A stretch of 64,000 nt of DNA from Octopus vulgaris (taxonomy: Eukaryota). Both the position numbers and the translations under genes were made by a program. Position 1 is the stretch's first letter, and the number at the start of each line of letters is the position of its first letter. A model generated the notes under the pieces. It ran no database searches. It saw nothing but the letters and a program-made list of their open reading frames with translations, and was not told the DNA's origin. The DNA is taken from the NCBI GenBank assembly GCA_951406725.2, contig OX597834.1, positions 8,432,001 through 8,496,000 on the forward strand, read 5' to 3'. Positions 56,194 to 64,000 of the stretch are shown piece after piece.

Positions 56194-56939
56194 GTATATA
56201 TATCAAGAGGGAGACATGAATACAGAGATGGATAGATAGAAAGATAGACAGACATGTATAAGTACTGTGTGTATGTACGTATGTACGTATGAATGTGTTT
56301 GTGTACATGTTGATACATGTGTGCGTGTGTATGCATGTGTGTGTGTGTGTGTTAATTATTTATACATAGAAGCAAGGCCAGTCTCTCCCAAACAACCAAA
56401 AACAAACAAAATCGTACTCATTTGCATATGTAGGTTAAACATCAAGAAATGCTGACACCTTCAGGACAGCCGTTCTGGAGACAATTCAACGCTAATCACA
56501 CTGAAAATGTTTTCATTAATGGTTGTCCCTAACCTAATTATCGATTCACTGATTAGCAACATTTTATGTTAATTTCTCTATTTTGTTGTTGCTATTGCTA
56601 TTTTATTTATTTATTTTGCTCAGAACGTTATTGATCTCTGATTGGAATCATCAACAGTACTCCAGCCGTGACAATGCTGTTGATATTTCTTGTTTGTCGT
56701 GAATAGTTATTGAATATTCGGTTTACGTCTCAGACGTCTTGGCGAGAATTAAGCGAGATTAGGTTGCTAATTTAGAATGTAGAATATCTATGTACCGTCT
56801 CCTTTATCGATCTATACGGCTATAGATGGTCTTGTGATGTGGTTCCTTGTCCCCAGGCAATGCCTTTTAAAGGAGACCTATGATAAAGAGTATCACAAGC
56901 CATGATAAATTCCTTCCTTTTGTATAAAATACGATATTG

Positions 56940-57322
56940 ATTTCTAACGTTGGCACACGGCCAGTATTTTCGGGAGTGGGGATTAGTCGATTACATCGAC
57001 ACCATATATTCCACTGGTACTTGATTTATCGACTTCGCAAAGATAAAATGCTAATGTCGACCTTGGCGGAATTTGAACACAGACGCACTGAGGTGCGAAA
57101 TGCCAGCGTGTTAACGATTCTGCCAGCTGGCTGTCTTCTGTAGAATATTTTTGTATTCTTTTCTACTCTAGGCACAAAGCGTGAATTTTGGGTGTGATGG
57201 AGCGAGTCCGTTAGATCGACCATAATACGTAACTGGTACTTAACTTATCGACTTCGAAAAGATAAAATGCAAAGTCGACCATGGCGAAATTTGAACACAG
57301 AACGTTGCTGCCAGCTCGCCGC
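56940..57322 (-). mobile_element. Two adjacent degenerate family B SINEs
   Basis: actggtactt...atcgac...gtcgacc..ggcg.aatttgaacacag...ctgccagct occurs twice. Confidence 0.7.
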
Positions 57323-57454
57323 CATATAGTATCAACAATATAGACCAACACCTACATTCTTTTCATCTTTTCTAGCTCTTCTAATGACGGCAATCTGCAA
57401 TCTTAGACAGAAGAAAGATTACGCAAAAGACAGGACCACATACATACATATATT

Positions 57455-57880
57455 GGATCTTTTCGGTTTGAACGGCCTTTTTTAACATAATTTCTAGGTA
57501 ACTAAAAAATTTTAAACTTCGTATACTGTTAGAATGTGTTTATAAAACATCTTTTTCTCTTGGCTTTATTGAGAGAATTCTATAGTTTGTAAGATATTTG
57601 TTGGGTTTTTTTTCTTCAATTTCTGAAATGTCAACCAATCAGTGACGTCTATTGAGTTAAAAAGCATTCTGCGCCGTATGAATATGTCCCTCGTTTAAGA
57701 AACAGATTGGGTATATTTAGATTTGTGAAGAAAAAAATATACCCTTCCCCCACCCCTAACCATAACCCTAACCCTAACTGACCCTAACCCTAAAAGAGAT
57801 TGAAATGCAATACATCGATTCTAGGTGACAATTTCATATGACACCGCTAGAAAAAACTGCCGTACAAACCGAAAAGATCC
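57455..57880. mobile_element. MITE with 22-bp or longer TIRs and 8-bp TSD (Merlin- or hAT-type)
   Basis: ggatcttttcggtttgaacggc / gccgtacaaaccgaaaagatcc; TSD catatatt at 57447-57454 / 57881-57888; internal (CCCTAA)n. Confidence 0.88.
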
Positions 57881-58025
57881 CATATATTTGTTATTAATAC
57901 TATATACACACATACACATATATTTATATATACATACACATACATGTGTTTGTTTGTGTGTGTGTGTGATTGTGTGTGTGTGTGTGTGTGTGAGTGTGTG
58001 TGTATGTGTGTGTGAGATTGTGTGT

Positions 58026-58057
<32 letters not shown>

Positions 58058-58364
58058 TGTGTGTGTGTGTGTGTGTCTTTTATCTTTTATCCAGTAATTT
58101 CAATCATTAGACCGATGTCAGGCTTCTGTAACACGTCGAAAAATTATAGACGAACGAATCTACCCCAGTACTTACTAATATCTTTAAGGTTGGTACGAAC
58201 TCTATCACATTTTTTTGCTGAACCGCTAAGTTACGGGTACATAAGCACACACACACCTACAGACACACACTTATTTGTATATTTTGCCCACGATGACACA
58301 CAGTTGGACTGCACCAGGAACTATCTGGCTGGGGAATAAACTTCTTTCACGTAAGCCACATCCA

Positions 58365-58400
58365 TCAGCAGTTTTGGTTGCAGCAGCAATAGCGGCACAG

Positions 58401-58442
<42 letters not shown>

Positions 58443-58695
58443 TTAGTAGTAGTAGTAGTGTTAGTAGTAGTGGTGGTGGTAGTAGTAGCAGTAGTAGTAG
58501 AAACAGCAGCAGCAGTATCAGTGTTAGTAGTAGTAGTAGTAGTAGTGTAGTAGTAGTAGTAGCAGCATCAGTTAGTAGTGTTAGTAGTAGTAGTAGTAGT
58601 GGTGGTGGGGGTGGGGGTTATGGTTGTTGATGTTGTTGTGGTGGTGGTGTTGGTGTTGGTGGTAGTGGTTGGAGTTGATGATTTCGCTGCTGGTG
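58365..58695. repeat. (TAG)n/(TGG)n trinucleotide array
   Basis: Direct reading. Confidence 0.9.
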
Positions 58696-58789
58696 GCGTT
58701 TCATGCCATTGGCCTTCGATCAGATTTACGGTACCAGACATTCCCATCTTGACTAAATGTCAGGTTTTAGCACAATGCCAGCTATTTCG

Positions 58790-58920
58790 CTAAGATCGAT
58801 TCCAGTATTCATCTGGTATTTATTGTATCGACCCTGAAAGAATGAAATGCAAAGTCGACCTCGGCGGAATTTGAACTCAGAACGTAACAGTAGACGAAAT
58901 GCTGCAAATCTACCGCCTTG
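58790..58920 (-). mobile_element. SINE family B fragment
   Basis: gcaaagtcgacctcggcggaatttgaactcagaacgtaac. Confidence 0.7.
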
Positions 58921-59003
58921 CCGCTTTAACTATCTCATCTATCGCCATGTGTGTCAGAGATTATATTGGAATAATCATTTTCTTATTTACTTAATATGGA
59001 GGG

Positions 59004-59524
<521 letters not shown>

Positions 59525-61162
59525 GGATAAGATTTAGGCAGAATCTTGGGTATATTCCCCAGCAACGACGACAATCACCAAGTGACTCTCTTCGTAAGTT
59601 CACTAAAAATTATTGTTGTGATTACGGATTGTGTACATTCCGTGGCGCCTGTCATTCTTATTGTACAGAATTGGAAAATAATGTTAGCTTTTTCGCCCCG
59701 AGTTAACTCTGTTTCAATAGATGTATATTTTAATGTTTTCGAACCGTGTCTGACAACACTGTTTTCAGAGATATATCTACGCTACCGTTATACAATTTAT
59801 TAAAACAACAGGATGTGATACGAGGCAAAGTTAGGATCTATTTTTAGCAGTGCAATCGGCTGATGCTGAAGCTTATGCTGCTGCTGCTGTTGTTTTTGTT
59901 ACAATGCTACTGTTGACATTATTATCTCCCTATTAAGCTCGGAAAATTTAATAGCAATGCTGACTATGATGTTTTGATAAAAGACATCTTTGACGCTGTC
60001 ATTGAATATTAAGCACAATTTTTACCTCGACGTCAGCTGGAATTAAGTGTGTAGAGGTTCGTATTTCTATAAGAAGATGTCATTACATCCTATCCTATAT
60101 TCATTCGCCTGAAATAAAAAATCTACCACTGTGATAATCATACATAATCACAAGAATCTAAGGAGGCCATGCTGTTGACCAGTAAAAATTAAAGTCAATG
60201 TAGGAGGAAAAAAAAGGAAATGTAACAGAAATAAGATATTCTAATGTGACATTCGAAGGAGATATATCTAAACTCTTGAAAGAATCTATTTAGGAATCGA
60301 GGCGGCCTTCTCTTTACGAAAGAAAAACAAATTAAATGTTTTCTTTATTCTCTCATGCTGTGACTGAATCGTACTTTTTCTTTATCAGATTACTATTCTT
60401 AGCTTTTTAACTAATTAACCTGCAATTATTTTTATTACCCCTTCAGATTTGATTCGCATGCGTCTCTACCTCTACGCATCCTCAATGACAACAGTCACAA
60501 TTTCTCCTGCAACCCCTGGATATAATGTTTACTTAAAGATACCTACAGTGGAATCTAAGGTCATTGAAAACATTGCTGTAAGACAATGATGTAGGAATAA
60601 CAAAATTTGGTAGTTTTGTATCCTTACTCTTGCCTTGCTATAGATTATCTCTCATTAAGTACCTTTATAATTAAAGGTGTACTCAACGTAAACATCATAT
60701 ATTTCTTCAGTTGTGTCGATATTGTCATAATTCCTTTCAAATATTTCTAAAGTGTGTACCATTCAGGTACTGAAGTTGATGAAATTGACAATGACCTTCT
60801 GGCTATGATAGAAATCAATTTATTCTAGCCTTTCCTTTTTAATGAATATTTATCAATTAACTAAGATGCAATAACAGTGAATCATCACCTCGGTGACATA
60901 ATTACTCACAAAGGTGAAATGGTACAGCAACTCTTGATTTTCTCAGAGTTTTCTTCCTAAACGAAAAATACGTTTCTGACATTGCTATGAAGGTACTAAA
61001 ATGCTACGAACGTACAAAAAATGGGACGAGAGAAGATGTGAAATAAGGATAGAAAGAAGCATATATTAAAAGGGGTTGACTGAAACTTCGGTAAACAAAA
61101 CAATCAGAAAGAAGCTAAAGCGGGAATAGAGTTATTTCCCTTAGACCAAAAGTTATAATGCT

Positions 61163-61350
61163 TATTTCTTTACTACCCACAAGGGGCTAAGCACAGAGGG
61201 GGACAAACAAGGACAGACAGACGGATTAAGTCGATTATATCGACCCCGGTGCGTAACTGGTACTTAATTAATCGACCCCGAAAGGATGAAAGGCAAAGTC
61301 GACCTCGACGGAAATTGAACTCACAACGTAACGGCAGACGAAATACCGCT
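61163..61350 (-). mobile_element. SINE family B, 5'-truncated
   Basis: Family match. Confidence 0.85.
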
Positions 61351-61879
61351 GCGCTGAAAATTTTGGATCGAGATCTGAGATCTGAAAAGTATATGAACTC
61401 TTTCAGTTACGCATGGATTACTTGATTTTTCATCTGTTAACATAAGGTATGGATCTTTCAACTATTTCCACTTTATCGTATGTAGTGTTCTGTTGGATTT
61501 CAAATTCCATTTGTGGCTAATGAACTCTATACCTTTGGATTTGTCTATCTGTCGGAAGGAAGATATGTAATTAGCGTAGCGATTCTTAAAATCTCATTCA
61601 AATATAATCACTTATCTTCCTCCTGACATATCAGAAGTAAATTTACTAAGTTGACTAGCTAAATATGTAGTTTGAAATCGAATGCAACACCACATTCGAT
61701 AAAGTGGAAACTAAACTTCCACCATATGTTAACGGATTGAACAATGTAAGCTATGCTTCAATGAAGGAGCTCAGATCTAAGGCCTCTAACTCACTGCTGA
61801 AATTTCGATATGAAATTTTTAGCGGTTGTAAGCATACGCCTAAGTTCCTGTTGAAGAAATGGGAAGTACCACCACGGTC

Positions 61880-62627
61880 ACATTAAAATGAAGCTTTGAT
61901 TTGATCATTGAATTATTTCTTGATACCTGCAGGCCATTAGAAAAGTCACCAAATTGGGTCAATGGGTTCCTAACAAACCTTCCAATTCTAATCGCTCGCA
62001 GAGATTGAATGTGTGCCCTTCTTTGCTGTCACGTCTCAAGAATGAACCATTTTTGAACCGAATAGAAACTGATGACCAGAAATGGGTTCTCTATAAATAT
62101 GTCAACCGCCGAAGACAATGGGTGGAGATGAAATACACTGGCACCCCAGGCTAAACAAGGTCTTCACCCACATCAGATGTTGTCGACATTTTGGTGGTAT
62201 ATAAAAGGTTTAGTCCGTTTTCAATTTTTAAACCCAAACCAAACGATAACAGCTTCAGCGCTAGAAGAAAACCGATCATCTTTGGTTACAAGACGAAAGG
62301 TGTTCTTCTATCAGGAAAATACTAGGCCACTTTTAGCCTCCATATTCCCCGGAAATTCCGCGTCTGATTATCATTTTTTCCGAAGTCTTCAAAATCATTT
62401 GGAGGGGAAAAATAAAAATTCCGTAAACGAGGTCAGAATAGCCCTGTAGGAATATTTTTCGCATATTCAAGTGAATTTTAGAAAAGAGTCCTTGAAAGTC
62501 TACCAGATAGATAGAACAGCATTGTAGAAAATGAAGAAGTGTATATTTTCTATTATAAAAGAACTTTGTTTCTTAATTTTTAAAAATAAAAGAATATTAA
62601 AACCGCATTATTTATGGCATGCTCCAA
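61880..62627 (+). mobile_element. Degenerate mariner transposon, 3' portion
   Basis: LGQWVPNK (WVPHEL), FLNRIETDDQKWVLY (TGDEKW), FWWYIKG, ASDYHFFRSLQNHL; TIR-like end aaccgcattatttatggcatgctccaa followed by TA. Confidence 0.85.
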
Positions 62628-62699
62628 TATATACATTATATATACACAGTACATATACATATACAAATATGTATGCATACATACATATATATCAAAATG

Positions 62700-63380
62700 A
62701 GGTAGTTTTAGTGAAGCATTGTCAGGAATAACATAAAAGAATGTATGGAACACGAAGTACCGATCCAACAATGCGATATCTTAACAGATTTCGCGCCTAC
62801 CGGAGAGCAGAGTAGGGTGCACACTCACCAAGTTCCCCATCGATGACATCAAAATATGCCCGAGGGCCTATGTAGCATACGAGCTAGTCTTCGATAAATG
62901 TGAAGCATCCTATATAGGGCGCACTATTAGGAAACTATACATCTGAATAAATGAGCATATGTAGACAAACACCTCAATAACACCTTGGGGAGTGCCAGGT
63001 CTGGAGTTTCAAAGTTTCCATCAAGGCAACCCAACACAATAGAGGCAATCTCAGAATTATGGAAGCGCTCCATAGAAATAAATTGAGGTGAACCATTAAC
63101 AACAGGAAGGATATACGTGATGCAGACTGGTTGCTAAAGCAACAACAGTCCGCGCATATCACATTCCGAATTTCTCCCCTACTCCACCCTTCACACAAGC
63201 ACATATCAGCAAAAAGCTTTTCCAAATATCGTTTTTCCGAGTGTCCTGAAAAAGGGTCTTTACCCCGAAATATAAAATTACAAGGTAACACTTCAACTTT
63301 GTCCTGTTTTTTTTTTTTCCTTTTGTAGTTTATTTTGTACCACCAACCAGTGCACCGGCATTACAAACTACATTCTCTAA
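62700..63380 (+). pseudogene. 3' fragment of a Penelope-like element: GIY-YIG endonuclease remnant plus terminal region with decayed hammerhead
   Basis: VAYELVFDKCEASYIGRTIRKLYI*INEH (62872-62958), ...LRIMEALHRNKLR*TINNR; gtgtc-CTGAAaA-a gggt cttt accc c-GAAA...acac at 63241-63291. Confidence 0.75.
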
Positions 63381-63780
63381 AATACATACACACACACACA
63401 CATAAATATCTATATATATATGTATATATATGAATACACACACATACACATGCAAACATACATATGTGTGTGTGTGTGTGTGTGTCTGTGTGTGTAGATC
63501 TATATGTAGACACACAAAACAAGCGAACTCATGATGAGAGGTATTCCCTTTCGGCCTGCTGGTTCAGAGAATCCCAGGGTTGAAGTTAAAACTACTATTG
63601 TCACCACCGTCACCACCACCATCGCTACTACTACTACTACTACTACGGCTGCTGCAAATAATACTACTACTAATGCTAGTACCACCTCTGCTACTGTGCC
63701 TAATAATAATTTAGACGACATTCAAGTAAATATTAACATTCTGTCACACTCGTTCTTTGAAGTTTTAGTTCAAGATATTG

Positions 63781-63893
63781 GGTTATTTAATAATGGCATT
63801 TTTCTAAAGAATTATATTTGCGCAATATTTCATCAGCGGTTATTTAATAATGGTATATTTCTAAAGAATTATATTTGCGCAGTATTTCATCAG
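63781..63893. repeat. 57-bp tandem duplication
   Basis: ggttatttaataatgg...tttcatcag occurs twice. Confidence 0.9.
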
Positions 63894-64000
63894 TATCATA
63901 TTGAATTAAAAGAGAAACTCTATACCAATTACAAATAAATGATAATGAGTGTAAAGATGTGAGATTAAATAATCTTCACGATGTGGAAATTATTATATAA

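Noticed and set aside
63790-63895. CTGATGA twice in the 57-bp tandem duplication (minus strand)
   Set aside because: No compatible stem I or stem III.

Overview
AT-rich, microsatellite-dense, non-genic (intergenic or intronic) eukaryotic DNA. The repeat content suggests an octopus/coleoid cephalopod, which is an inference from recalled repeat families and not a database match. No host protein-coding gene is supportable: most ORFs in the track are (TA)n/(CTT)n/(TAA)n artefacts or read through SINEs. The window holds four tRNA-type SINE families (over 30 copies or fragments), CR1-like and R4/Dong-like LINE remnants, Tc1 and mariner fossils, two Helitrons, a MITE with an 8-bp TSD and two Penelope-like (PLE) coding fossils. 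The main signal is about ten type-I hammerhead ribozyme motifs (CUGANGA...GAAA-palindrome-UH), some decayed. They lie in short non-coding elements that mostly sit in (TA)n tracts, often as long inverted repeats. One element has hammerheads on both strands, one is a 497-nt retrozyme-like partial tandem, and one motif lies just downstream of a PLE GIY-YIG remnant. Nearly all have a mismatch at the base of stem II. Other points: a SINE and a LINE share a 3' end with covarying stem-loop, and some SINEs are flanked by 195-265-bp direct repeats. All coordinates and alignments were read by eye.
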